A stretch of 64,000 nucleotides of DNA from NCBI GenBank assembly GCA_039096225.1, contig JBBPEB010000027.1, positions 744,001 to 808,000 of the forward strand, read 5' to 3'. Both the position numbers and the translations under genes were made by a program. Positions 12,524-39,416 of the stretch are shown here, piece after piece. The notes beneath the pieces are model-generated. The model had not been told where the DNA came from. It made no database searches and worked only from the letters and a program-made list of their open reading frames with translations. Numbering within the stretch: the first letter of the stretch is position 1; each line of letters opens with the position of its first letter. Source of the DNA: Blastocystis sp. Blastoise. Taxonomy: Eukaryota; Protista; Bigyra: Opalinata.

Positions 12524-15500
12524 AATGTAATAAATAATAGATAATAAATAATAATATACAGTAAATTAAAAATAATAGATAATAGATAATAAATAATAAA
12601 TAATAATAGATAATAAATAATAATATAAAATAAATGATAAATAATAAATAACAATAGATAATAAATGATAAAAGATACAAAAAGCCAAATATATATGATT
12701 TTATGCAGCCGCGGTCCGGGGCCGTTAGGCACTGGACCTGCGGCGTGACCCTAGTATAAAGAATAATAATAGTAATATATATTTAATAATATACATAATA
12801 GTATGTTAAACCATATAAAACAGATTAACTAAAAGAAAAGACATTTTTGAGGGTTCATAGTAACTTCTCTACCACTTTCTTTTCATGATACTAAACTATA
12901 TATAATAGATACATATAATAATATATTTATTTGGAAATATTATAATTAAATATATACTTTTATAATAATATGTTTAACTTGATATAATTCCAAATAAACT
13001 GAACTCGCAATAAATAGTGAAACTCTCTAGACACTAACCCATTCTTATTACAATCGAGAGAAGTCTATCTATATCTATATTCATATATATCTATGAAATA
13101 AAAATAGTAATAATAAAGATAATAATAATATAATTATATATAATAATATAATAATATATATATAACTATTTTTTTACAATAATAACATTAAAATGCATAT
13201 AAATAAAGATATATATATAAATATATAATCGAGATTAATCCATATAAACAAAATTATTAATATACTAATTTTCCAAATCCTTTTATTAAAAGGAATAAAC
13301 TTTTCTATATTTTTCCCTATAAGAATTTATTGAATTGTCTAGTTTCTATTATACTGAAAAACTATATATATATATATATATATATAATAAACAATATAAT
13401 AATAATATATGTATATAGAAAACATTATATATAATAATATATATAATAATATATATAATAATATATATAATAATATATATATACATAATTATATATATAA
13501 ATCATTTAAGATTCGTCATAATCAACATGATAATAACTGTTTTCTTTAATTCTAAATATTTTATTCTGCTATAGACATAGATATATAATAAATACTACAA
13601 TATATAATATATATATACCATATTATAATGAAAGCAAGTAGTAATAACCTATGTTCTATCTTTATGCTGATTAATTCTCAGTATTCAAATAGTATTAGAT
13701 GCCTATATATATAATACAAAATCATTTTAATAATTTAAAAATATATTGAAAAAATTGAAAAATATTCTTAATAATATATATATATAATAATATATATATA
13801 TATAATAATATATATATATATATATATAATAATATATAATAATATATATATATATACAATAATTTTCTATAATGAACTTTGATATAATTGTTCAATTAAT
13901 CAAATGATACTATATAAATAATAAATAGAATGAATATATAAAAAATATATATATAATAATAATGATAATAAATAATTTATAAATATATAGAGTAATAAAT
14001 AATATAAATTTTTATACATTCAAATCTATATAAACATGTGAATAAATAAATCTAAAATAAAATAAATATATAAAACAATATTCTCCAATATATTATAATT
14101 CAATTTACATCTAAAATAAGAAAATAGAATATTATAAAAATACAAAACTAATAATAATAAAAACATTTATAAATACCTAATAATAAATACGAAAAACAAT
14201 TCTTTCAATTAAATCACTTTTTCAAGATTCGATAACTACCCTAGAGTAATATAGATAGTGAATAAAGTAAAAATAAATAAAAAAATAAATAATAATAAAT
14301 ATATACAAAAATGAATGTCTCCCATTCTCTCACTTTTGTTTTGATTTGAATTTATTTTGATTTAAAATCGTCAACCATTAGTACATAAGTGATTTGAAGA
14401 ATCTCATTCAATTACAACCTAAATAAATAAAATAGAAATTAGACAAAATTATTATATTTTATATTTATATACTTTTGAAGAGACCTGTGTGACTAAAGTG
14501 AAGGCTTGAAACTGTTGGTGACACCTATAAGTTCTAAAAATAAATAAACGATAACATAATTACTGATTAAGTATTTGTATATAAAATAATTATAAAATAT
14601 TTACTAATTTAAAGGTTCACAGACTTCCTGAGATAGTTGATGCTCGAAAATAAATGAAAAGCAATCAACAAAGCTGGATAAGCTTAAAAATAAATTTTTG
14701 ATTTTTTAAAAAAATAATTTTTTTTTATACAATTTTTTCTTTTGTTAGTTAAAGACTTTTTTTCGACCGATTTTTTTCTTTTTTTGTTTTAAACTGAACT
14801 CAAACCCTAGCCCTAACCCTAGACAAGAAAAATGGTCCACCAGTGACAATTTTCTGACATTCATAAGAATGGCAACTTTATCATAACTCATATTCAATTC
14901 TATGTTCTTTCGAGTCTGTGAGTTCGTTAGTATACGTGAATAATTCAATTAAGTAAATTGCCGAACAAAATTAAAAATGATTGTCCTAGATATTGTGGAT
15001 AATTTCTTGAATATGTTATAGAAAGTCTTAAATTATCAGTTAATATACAAATAAAACATCTTACTATCAGTTTCTTAGATATAAATATATAAATATAAAA
15101 CAACGAATTTATATGAGTGTCTACACAACATTATACCAAGTTTATTTTTATTTTTGTGGTATAAATTACTTTCGTCGGTATAAAAAAAATTAAAGACCGA
15201 TTTTTTCGTAATTTTGGTATAAATTTATGGGGAACCTGGTATAAAAGGGAAAAAGCTGCCCACCAGTGATTTATATGTATTTTATACATAATATTAAAAA
15301 AAGAGAGAACATAAAGTTGTGGTTATTATATATATAAAGTTGAAATAAAAATGGAATAAAAAACTAAATTGTTTAAATATTAAAGTAATACATCATTTTC
15401 TGTTTAAATACATGGATAAATCAAGTAATAAAAAATAATTAATTTCTTTTTAAATTATTTAATAATATTCAATGAAATATATGTTATAATACAATAATTA

Positions 15501-15611
15501 TAATAATAATAGTAAATAAATTATCAGTATATATAGATATAATTATATTCATTATTTAAAACTATATATTTAATAAATATTACTATTAGTAAATAAAGAT
15601 TGTTCTATTTA

Positions 15612-20019
<4,408 letters not shown>

Positions 20020-20435
20020 ATCTTATTTCAAAATAAATGATCTCTATATATCTCATTAGCTCTACTATAAGATAAATATAAAAAAATGGTTAACAAATTA
20101 TTTTTTTCAAGTTTTAAATAGGGAAATTACTGTGTTTCGATGTTTCTCCATATTTACCTTTTACACGGGAATTCCAGCATTTGTAATGTTCAAGAAAACT
20201 CTCTTGATATTCATATTCCCAATAGAATCAGTTTTAATAGGCATTAAATAGACTCTTAAGGTATTCTAAGAGACTTTCTTGGACTATCGACCTTACTCAA
20301 AGAATTATTTGGTTCATAAATAAAATTGTCTACTAAAAATGATATTAATCATTTTCGCTTTTAATTTTCTAGTTAAAATATTCTTTTTAATTTGTTTTTA
20401 AATAATCAATAGCAATTCTATAATTATAACTTCCC

Positions 20436-22116
20436 ATGAATTATATACTCATTATTAATATTATACTTGTAATTGAAGCAATCTTTTTAATAGCTTTTAA
20501 GCCATTTGTAGCACAAATCAATATAAACACGTAATTTTAAATACTCAACACTAGAATATTATGTATGCATATTAGAAAAACATATGTTTTAAACTCAGGT
20601 TCTGTAAGTTGTTTGATTAATTGAAAGATTATTTCTTAGTTACGTCCAGTCATCCAGAAAGTTCAATCCGAAAAGTCAACATTTAATTGTTCTAGTTTGT
20701 TGCAAACAAGAATATCATTCCGTGATGAGAATTGGTAATAATTGATCATAATTATTGTTGAATCGTGGAGATATACTATATATTAATTTTCTTCATATAG
20801 GTTGGATAAATATCAAAAAGAATTTGATTATCAAATGCAATGTTTGCCTAAGAATCATCTATTACTTCCCAATCAAGAATTATCTCTTAAGAAAATGAAT
20901 ACTGAAGATATTCGTGAGTTGTATATAAATATATAATACGAAATAGATTATAAATGAATATAGTTATAAAAATAAATCATCTATAAACTTTATGAAATGT
21001 CCTTTTTGTGACCATGTTAATTTGATTCGATTAACTAATGTATGTTTTGATTATGAACAGATGATATTATATGTTAATTCAGAAAACATTCCTATATTAA
21101 AATATACAGGTATTTTACAGTTATTCTTATCAATATTAATTATATATATATATAGAATATGGACCAAATTTACAATTTGATTCAAGTAAAAAATTAAAAA
21201 ATAGTCAAAAATATTATGAGAATAAATATATAGTTCAGAATCAACATATATATATAACAGTAAAGACATTTGAGAAACATATCACACATTTTATAGAAAT
21301 ATATAATTTCTTATTACATTATATTCATCATCTCAATTATTATGAACCTGTATATATACATATATATATGTTTATTATATATATATATATTCATTATTTT
21401 GATTTATAATTATTTATACTATAAAATTTATTTATATATTTTGTTTATATTAATTATTATTATTATTCTTTTAACAGTTTTTTATTATTGATTAATTATA
21501 TATATTTATAATTATTAATATATATTCTATATCTTCTTAATAGATGCAATTTCTTTTGGCTCCTGGATTCGATAAGAATAATGAATATGAATGGAATAGA
21601 GACTATTATAATATTCTTATTCAATCATTTCCTAAATATTTACATATAAGAGATTACACAAATGAATATTTTAAAATGAATAAAATCTCTATTATGTGTT
21701 TTAAAGATGTTGTATATATATATATATATAATACTAATCGATTGAATAGAATACATTACAATTATATATATAACAATATATAACTAAATATATTAAATAT
21801 ATTATTAGTATAAAAAGATTACTTATATATCACAATATATATATATATATATAGACTATAATTGGTAAAGTTACAAATAATCATCAAAATGGAGCTAATT
21901 TCGCGATATTATCAGAAAGTTATTATCTTCGTGCTTTAGTATATAAACGATATCATTTAGAATTATATAATTATTCTGTGAAAACTATGAATGATTTACA
22001 TATTAAATTCAATATGAGAACTAATGGAAGACTAACTATAAATAAAAAAGCAAGACATTTAATGAATTTTCAAGAAATCAAATCATTTTTAAAATTACAT
22101 GTATATATATATATAT

Positions 22117-22175
<59 letters not shown>

Positions 22176-22772
22176 TTATTTACATATATATATTAAAAAA
22201 AGTAAATCACTATTAATATATAGCAAGAAAATATAGTATATATAAACTTTGAAACAATGAGTTTTAAAGAACAAATTGAAACAATGGTTGACACAGGTAT
22301 ATTATAGTAATTATATTATTAATAATAATTACAAGAATTATGTTTCTTTCTATTATTCTATTTATTAATCTATTTAATATAAATATAATTAAATCATTAT
22401 ATATATATAAATATATATATAGATATATTAATTCTAGTAGATGGAGGCGCAATAACGAATTTAATATTTATGTTACCTTATTCAGGAGTATTAGATTTAT
22501 TAGTGCCATTACATGTAAGTACACGATTTCAACAATTAGCACAAATATCAGATATTTATCATTTCTATATAACTGAAACAAATTATACCTTAATGAGTCC
22601 AGAATGTAAACAGAAGTATAATAATAATTTCTTACCTGAATTAATAGAATCTATATGTTTATGGGATATTCACATGGCACGTAAAATATATATAGATAAA
22701 GTTCAAATATTACTTCATTTAATACGATTAAAAGACACTATTCTTAATAAGAAATATTTTGATTTTTATTAA
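20436..22772 (+). CDS. Type II membrane glycosyltransferase, GT61-like
   Basis: N-terminal signal anchor MNYILIINIILVIEAIFLIAF; HITHFIE; RHLMNFQEI; FETMSFKEQIETMVDTDILILVDGGAITNLIFMLPYSGVLDL, matching the GT61 'EQI...DIL..xHGAGLTN..FM' block. Confidence 0.7.
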
Positions 22773-23001
22773 TTTACTTTTATTTTTTACACAATTTTTT
22801 AATATATATATATATATATATATAAATTTTTTAAATAATTCATTATATAAAAGTTTTTTTTTTCAGTATTATTCTTATCTATCTAATCTCTGAATCCTAC
22901 ATAAATTTATATCTATTAATTATTATACTTGAGTATATATAGTTTCTATTTTTATATTTTACTTTTAATGTGTATTTATAACTTTATTCTCTTTTTTCTG
23001 T

Positions 23002-23042
<41 letters not shown>

Positions 23043-23702
23043 AGTATTTCTTGTAGTATACCAATTAAGTATATATATAATCATTCTAATAAGAAGATTT
23101 TATTGTTAATTCTTATTCTATGCAGATGATAATATTTATGTATATAAATATATTATTTAAAGTCAAATCATTATTTATTCTTTTTTAATAATAAAAAAAA
23201 CAATTATTATTAAATTCATTTTTTAGTCTCTAAATATATGATAATTGTTGTGAATATTAAAATATATATGTATTCATATTTAAATAATTATTTTATTTGT
23301 TCTAAATTATGTTCTTTTTAAACAACTTTAAAATGAAAAAGTGTTGAATAATAATTATATATTAACAAGGAATTTTGATAGTAGTGATCTATTTTAATAA
23401 AAAAAGTTATACTGTTTATATTTACATTTATTCTTATATACAAAAATGAGCAACAAATATTGTATAATAAATGAAATTGATATATATTTTTTAGCATGAA
23501 TAGAAGATTATTTGAATAATAAAAATAGAATTAATATATTAAAAAAAGAAAAGAAATAGAAATAAAATTATTTTTTAATATATATTAATTATGTAATAAA
23601 AAGAAATAAATACTTATATATATTTATAATAAATAAAAATACTTAATGTATACTATATAATAAATAGATAAGAAAATTTTATATAACATAGATATATATA
23701 AT

Positions 23703-29944
<6,242 letters not shown>

Positions 29945-30367
29945 AGAGATGAATACAGATATCAAAACTTAGTGAATAGTAATTTCAAAATCTTTTATTA
30001 GTTTTTTAAGAATAAAAATGGGAAGAACCGTGATTATTTCAAAAACTATTATTAAAAAATAGAAGAATAAAATGTAGAGATGATGATGGATAATTGATCT
30101 CAAGTCGTTGTTTAGAATGGGTGAAATGGAAATAAAGTTATATGAATATGATTATGACGATTATGAAACTTTTTTTTGACATTAATATACAAAGATGGGT
30201 TATTTTGTGATAAAAATATATTAGATATCTCGTCAATAAATAGTTTACAAAATTGTAACCAAATGTAAATGTTAATATTGAATTAAAAAATCTAAAAAGT
30301 GAAAAAAACGTTAAATATGGAGATAAAATAAGTAAGAATGGATAAAGAATATGATAAAGCAATTGAT

Positions 30368-30587
30368 TTATGCTTTATGAGGAGTATTGTTAGTAGAAGA
30401 AGAAGAGGATTGTTCAGCAGATGTAGTTTTATTCTTAAAATATTCAAAAGAAGCTTGAAACCATTCATTTGGATGTAAACCAATCTATAGAATACATATA
30501 TTGATAATATTTTATTTTGTATATACTAATATAGTATATATGTATTGATTTCTAATGAATAAACAAGATAAGAATAATAGATGAATA

Positions 30588-30633
<46 letters not shown>

Positions 30634-33132
30634 TGGGAGTCGCCTCCTGGATGAGTTGCTTCAAAATGAAGTCTACAAGCTACCTATAGAATAATATATC
30701 ATGTATAATATATATATAATACTTATTAATTACAATGAATTATATAATACAAATAATACTATAATATATATATATAATATTTATTAATCACAATTAACAA
30801 TATAATACAAATAATACTATATAATATATATATATAGTATACATTATAATTTTTGTCTTTAGCATTTTGAACAATAGTAGTAGCATTCTTTGAATCAACA
30901 CCACTCGTTAATAAATATCTATTTAATTGAGTGCTATCCATATATTTATAAGGACATCCTATTTAATATATATATTTATATATTTAATAGCACATATATA
31001 TATATTTATATATATATTATTCATGAAAAAAAAATATAAAATTGTATAATATTGAATAGAGTATATATATTATTAAAACTCTATTATATATATATATACC
31101 ATTACATGAGTCTTGAACGATATTTGTACCAACAATTTTTATACAAGAATATGGAGGGTAATTCGCACGTTTTCCCTCCTTTCCATATAAATGTCGAATT
31201 GTATAAGCATATCTTTATATATATATAATGATATAATAATGTATATATATATTCAAAGATAGAGAATTCATAAGAATAGAATAATAATATAAATAATATA
31301 CTCTTTATTGAATTTTTCAGCAGTAATTCTTTTTGTAAAATAACTTTTCATAAATGTTGTACAATCTTCTAAAGATAAACCAATACCCTATATAAATATA
31401 TCTTTTATTTAATAATTATATATATATATATACTTTTAAGAATAATGTTAATTCAACTCGACCATCATTTTTAAGATGATTTTGTGTCTGAAGAAATTGG
31501 ACCATTTTTCGCATACATAAAGGAAAGGATTGTTGAACTAACTATATATATAGAATATATATAATAATAATATTAATAATAATAATAATGATTATTATGA
31601 TAAAGAAAAATAAATAATTTATATTAGAGAAACATGGTTTATATATATACTGTTTGAATATTTGATAAAGTGACTTCACCAACATTTTCAGCTTTTGAGA
31701 AATCACGACCAGTATACTGTATAATGATAATATTATAAATATTATAATAATAAGTATAATAAGTATAATAAATATAATAAATATAATAAATATAATAAAT
31801 ATAATAAATATAATAAATATAATAAATATAACAAATATAATAAGTATAGCAAATATAATAACAATAATACTAATTATAATACTAATTATAACACTAATAA
31901 TAATAATAAAAAAAAAAAACTTTACCTGTACGGGTAATCCTTTAAGAATAGTCGATAACCGCGGGTCTTGCATGAATTCTTGGTACATTTGTGAACATAA
32001 CGCTAAACCTCGACTGATACCTTCTCGAAATTGACGTAATAATACACTTGTCATTTTATTTTCAGGTATATATGCATATCCATCATTTAATAATATCTTT
32101 TTACTTGATAACTATATATATACACATAATATATTATATACATATTAAATATATAATATATACTATATACATATTAAAGATATAAGATATATTATATACA
32201 TATTAATATCTTTATATATTAAATAATAAAGAAATATAAATAAAAACACAGTATCATTTTAAGTAATAATAATTATATTATAAAAAATGAAATATAACTT
32301 AACAGTATATAAACATATAAATAATATAATAGACTCTAAAATAAGATTATAAATATATACAAGGTCAATAGCCATTTCAAAAGGTACTTTATAATAGCAA
32401 TCACTTTGATCATAATGTATATTATTCTTATAGATAATCCAATCAACTTTACTTTTATCTGCTAATTGACGGACACTTGAATCAATTTCAGTAAATAACG
32501 TCATTGGCTCAATCTATATATACAAATATTATGTTAATCATAGAATAAAATCAGTAAAAAAAAGTGATTATCATGAATTGTTCTAAATTATATTAATGTT
32601 ACGTATTAGAATTATTTGTGAATAATGAATATACTCTTTCACAGTTGATTCCGTGATGTTCTAACAAACGTTTGATTTGTTGACGATCATTAAATAGACG
32701 AATTCTATATAATTTAGCTTATTAATGGCGATACTCATATATATATAAATACCTGAATAAATCACATTCTTGATCTAAAAACCATTTTCTATATTCTTCA
32801 GTTCTACAGTGGGCAATACGAAGAATTTGATGTGAAAGATCATCTTGTTCTTTCAAAACTATAATTGTTCAAATTAACATAAATGTGGAAACCGAATTAC
32901 CTTTAGATCGAAAGACACATTTGGCCAACTGTGTATTGAGATTTTCTCCTTTCTGAGAACTTTTGATATTTTCGAGTTCCTTGAGCACTAATAATATATG
33001 AATAGTATAATACAAAATAAAGAACATACATTTAAAACGTTCATAACCAGCTTCTTCAAAATCTTGTAACGTAACTTCTCCAAAATCATACGTATCGTAG
33101 AATGACAACAGCGGATTGGCAACAGAACTCAT
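30368..33132 (-). CDS. PRIM2: DNA primase large subunit
   Basis: [16 protein letters not shown]; [12 protein letters not shown]; YYKVPFE; SFPLCM; [18 protein letters not shown]; [24 protein letters not shown]; HGCPY; HPNEWF. Fe-S cysteine motifs present. Confidence 0.95.
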
Positions 33133-33196
33133 TTTGATAGTAGAAGAATAGATAATGAGATGAAAATATAAATAAAAATAAATTGAAAAATAAAAA

Positions 33197-33204
33197 CCGC
33201 GAAA
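33197..33204 (-). promoter_or_regulatory. E2F-like site (TTTCGCGG) about 65 bp upstream of the PRIM2 start
   Basis: Matches the TTTSSCGS consensus; an isolated CG-rich word in an AT-rich promoter of an S-phase gene. Confidence 0.45.
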
Positions 33205-33484
33205 ACATTTCGTACCTCCATATTTTCAGATTAATAATAAAAAATCAGCTGCATCTTAATATAGGATTTATAGAATTTAAGACTTTATTTGAAAAAAAAA
33301 TTATTTTTGTTTTTACAATATGAATAGAGTTATAGATATATTAAATAAGTTTAAATTAATCGGTAAATTTAAGATAAAAAAACAAACACCTGAAAGTGAA
33401 TTTTATAACGACAATAACATAAAATATAATTTGTAAAAACAAGTATTTAGAAAGGTAGAGATTTCCATGCGTATCTTTTCATAT

Positions 33485-34184
33485 TTATACTTCGTATAAT
33501 CTAAATATAATATATATATATAATAATAATAATTTTATTTCAATATATATATATACATTTCTTTACCATGCTTGATATACTATAAAAAAAAATCATTAGA
33601 AAAAGTATATTATATTAAGAACATACTTCGATTTTTGTTTCAGGAGTTACTAATTTATAATCTCGAATTCTTTTACTATAAAAAAAAAAGATAATAAAAA
33701 TATTGATATAATAAAGATATATATTTATTTATAGGAAATAAAAAGAATAGTATTATAATAAATAGATACCCTATGGAAGCGATAACATCCTTTTTTGTAC
33801 AATCTTTAGTCCAAACTATATATAATAAAGTTTATATATATATTATAATTTAAAATGAATAAAATAAATAGTATATATATAATTTTTATTTATTTAAAAT
33901 GAATAAAAATAAATAGTATATATATAATTTTAATTTATTTAAAAAGTAAATGAATATTATATATATATACTTTCGAGTCTTGATGAGTCTTTCTTTTTCA
34001 TAATAAAACTGACTCCACAAATATTACTTCCAGTGGGATCTAGTTGTTCTCCTATTGCTAATAGTACCTATAAGAGATATCATCAACATTAATAATAATA
34101 ATCATAATAAAAAAAAAAAATAATAATAATAAACATAAACATAATAATAAACATAATAATAAACATAAACATGAATATAAATAA

Positions 34185-34215
<31 letters not shown>

Positions 34216-34907
34216 AATAAACATAAACATTAATAATAAACATAAACATTAATAATAAACATAAACTTAAACATAAACTTAAGCATAAACATAAACTTAA
34301 ACATAAACATATATATACTAATTTAAGCCATTTTTCTTCTGTGTCACTAGAATCATAACGATTTAAAGGAATTCTCTATAGAATTAGAATAGTAAACGAC
34401 TGACTAGATAATTTTATCATAAAAAATAATGACTATTATTAGAATAAAATTAAAATATACAAAAGAACCACCATTTTGATTTTCATGATCTTCCCAAATT
34501 GGGCTGATTCCTTCTTTAAAGAAATGGTACATTGTTTGAAAAGCTAGAGTACTTGCTTGGTTGATATTATAATAAACATTCCAAAAATCTTGAACTGTGT
34601 TAATGTCTTTAATTTTTTGGATTTGATTTCCCCAGTCTTCAGCACTATAAGAAATTACGATTTACAATATATAAATATAATTTAAATTAGAAAATATATA
34701 AATAATATATACAGAACAGTTGAATCTCGTTCTTCAAACCAGAATGTCCATGTAGTATTCAATTGGTCCTAAATAAAAATCATTTTGTAGAATAAAGAAC
34801 ACTCGAAATACTTTATGTTCGAGTTCTTCCGTTTTATCAACTGAACTTCTTTCTATTTCAAATAGATCTATCTAGTCATATAAGATACTCTGTTTTGTGT
34901 CAACCAT
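33485..34907 (-). CDS. EIF4E: Translation initiation factor eIF4E family protein (5' end uncertain)
   Basis: QLNTTWTFWF; TVQDFWNVY; YHFFKEGISPIWEDHENQNGG; IGEQL; ICGVSL; FWTKD; ends YIKHGKEILYEV*. Confidence 0.9.
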
Positions 34908-35413
34908 ACTGAATAGATACCAGACTATATATATAACTCAATGATCAAAATATATAGTTCTAAAAAGAAATGAAGAAAAAATCATGTTTCTTTTAAATTT
35001 ATTGTTTATCTCTTTTTTAAATAGCTACCAAGTTATATTTTGTAAAACAGTTATGTAGATCGTAATAAAACACATAGTGTAATAAAGATTTTGTGTTTAA
35101 ATGGTTATTAACAAGAAAATGATTTTCGATTATAGTACTAGCATGATTTTATTTTAGAAATAGATTCATAAACATGGCATAAATGGAATTTAGATCCGTT
35201 TCGCTTCGTTCTGAACAAAAACAAAAAAAGAACAAAAGAGAATTTTTAAAAATCAAAAGTTTTGAATACAAAAAAATATGAATGATAAAGAAAAATGAAT
35301 TCATAAAAGAATAATCACATGGGATAAATATATAGAATACATGATATGTAAAAATATTTGATTAGTATGAGTATAGAACAAAGAAATCAAGAAGAAAAAT
35401 AAAAATATATAGA

Positions 35414-37309
35414 TTAGACAGATGTATTTATTAAGGGCACAGAAATAGTTTCAGTTTTCTTTGTGTTCCATGCTTTACCACAAAATAAAAATGAAAAATA
35501 TAAAGCCTAAATAAGTATATAGTTTATAATATATAATTGATATGATAAAATATAATATGAAAGGTAAGAGAAAAAGAAAAAATATATATTTTATATAATA
35601 AAGAAATATAGTATATATATACAATTCCTTCATAGATAAAGAATGCTGCAAAAATAAGATAGCATTGATATTCAACGAAACCCTGTTCATATATAGTTGG
35701 ACCAAAACATCTAAAAAAATATATATGATTATTATATATATGATTATTATATGTGATTATTATATATGATTATTATATATATATGATTATTATATATTTA
35801 TGATTATTATATATATGATTATTATATATGACTCTTATATATGATTATTATATATGATTATTATATATGATTATTATATATATATGATTATTATATATAT
35901 ATGATTATTATATATAATAATAAAAATAAGAAATACTGTAAGTTATATAATGTTGATGATGAACAGCCTTTTGTGATTCTAGAAGCTTCTATATAAGGAT
36001 CTGTAGCATATCGAATCTATATATATTTATATATATAAACAATAGTAATATATAGATCAAGAAAAAATGAAATTGTTATATATATAAATAAATTTATTTT
36101 AAAATATCTATATAAAATAGTAATTAAATCATTATATATATAAAATAGTAATTAAATCATTATATATATATATACTCGAATATGTATAGAAGAAGAAGGA
36201 GTCGATTTATATATATAGGGTTCCCAAAGACCTAATTGGCCATATTCACAACCTAAACCAGGATATCTATATATATAAGTAATAAAATAAAATAAAATAA
36301 AATAATCAGTAATAATTTGTAAATAATTAAAAAAAAAATACTTTAAAAAAAATATATTTTAGAAAAACTGAATGAAATATATATATATATAATTTATAAA
36401 TAATAAATAATAAATATGTTTTTTAAACTTACTTGTCATAATCTAGTTTAAAATTGTTATTTTCATATATAATTCTAAAGCATAATGAATGTATATATTC
36501 ATGAACTTTACAATATCCATTCTCCCAAGTACCACCATATAATTCACATTGAGATATACATAAAGATCTATATATATGTATAGCATTCGATGGATATACA
36601 TATATTTATTATAAGAGAATTCATATAAAATAATATGAAAAAATATTTTAAACATAATAATAATAAAACAAATAATAACTACAATAATAACAAACAATAA
36701 TAATTATAATAATAACAAATTAAAACTATAATTAAAACTATTATAATAATAATAACTATAATATTTACGGTTTTAAAAAGCATCCAATTTCTCGATCTAA
36801 ATAGTAATGATATAAATTTGGATAAATAGCTCTAGCGAAAACAGTTTTGTTTTGAGAATCATAAAGAGTGAATGTTTGTATAGTATGAAGAGGACTCGCA
36901 TCGTTCTCATAAGAAATTGAATTTAAAGGTGGACATGATCCTTCAGGATCTCCTTGAAAATCACAACTATCTCTAGTTGGCCAATAACTTCCATTCTTTG
37001 AATTATCTACATGAAGAATATATTGATCTTTTCCAAATGAAGCAGTAAATGTATTATTCACAAATTTATTATAATCTTCAGTGATCCAAGGATTAATAGA
37101 TTGACGATAACTATACATTTATTAAAAATGAATAATTAAAAATACTCTTGAAGTTTCAAAACTCGCTTAGGATATAAAACATCACTTATGTAAATGATTA
37201 TAAAAATTATTGGCACAATTACAGAAAGTAATGTAAACAGACCAGCAAAGAAGTATTTCTTTTGTAGAACTGTGAACTCTTTTGGCATTTGACTTTCAGT
37301 TGAACTCAT
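35414..37309 (-). CDS. Two-TM protein with Cys-rich ectodomain, paralog 1 of a tandem trio
   Basis: N-terminal TM; YWPTRDSCDFQGDPEGSC; GLGCEY...WEP; IRYATDPYIEASRITKGCSSS; CFG; C-terminal TM; TAA 35414-35416. Confidence 0.8.
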
Positions 37310-37658
37310 TCTCTACTATTTAAAATCAATAATTCTGAAAGAATCTATGAAAACCAATATTGTTTTTCTTTTAGATATAAATATCTGTTTTTATGTGTTA
37401 TTTATAAAATTTATTTTATAAAATAAATCAGTTTTATTTTATATTCTAAACAAAGACTCTTTATATGCATAGATCAGTCTGTAACGAAGTATACGATGTC
37501 AATTCTAAGATTCATTTGCTTGAGAAATTAAGAAAAACAAAAATCCGATGATAATAAATGATGATAGATACTTGCTATGATTAGTAAATTAAATAAGATA
37601 TGTATATAGATATAAGTAAAATAATTAATCATTCACAGATAGTTTTTATTCAGAATTA

Positions 37659-39416
<1,758 letters not shown>

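Larger units (their letters stand above)
10025..12754 (+). mobile_element. Non-autonomous Helitron (2.7 kb) inserted between A and T
   Basis: 3' end: GC-rich hairpin GCCGCGGTCCGGGGCC-GTTA-GGCACTGGACCTGCGGC (12708-12744), then CTAG (12751-12754) followed by T. Putative 5' end A|TCATTACTATATATAT at 10025. No TIR or TSD. Removing it rejoins an AT-rich intron-like sequence. Confidence 0.75.
8890..14525 (-). pseudogene. Decayed intron-containing gene inside the CACTA element (identity not recoverable by eye)
   Basis: Exon-like blocks alternate with GT..AG introns on the minus strand (e.g. 14473-14524, 14191-14240, 13267-13362, 12801-12896), but the frames I tried contain stops. No transposase motif recognised; limits approximate. 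Confidence 0.45.
7281..15268. mobile_element. CACTA/CMC (EnSpm-like) DNA transposon, non-autonomous/decayed, about 8.0 kb including the nested Helitron
   Basis: 19-bp TIR CACTGGTGGGCAGCTTTTT (7281-7299) matches AAAAAGCTGCCCACCAGTG (15250-15268). 3-bp TSD ATT (7278-7280, 15269-15271). Several subterminal GGTATA motifs at both ends. Confidence 0.85.

Noticed and set aside
12490-12732. 80-aa ORF MPNGPGPR...
   Set aside because: It is made of the Helitron 3' hairpin plus simple repeats.
7776-14948. Intact transposase in the CACTA element (ORFs 7776-8039, 9366-9566, 14745-14948)
   Set aside because: Short, with no DDE or other recognisable motif; neighbouring exon-like blocks contain stops.
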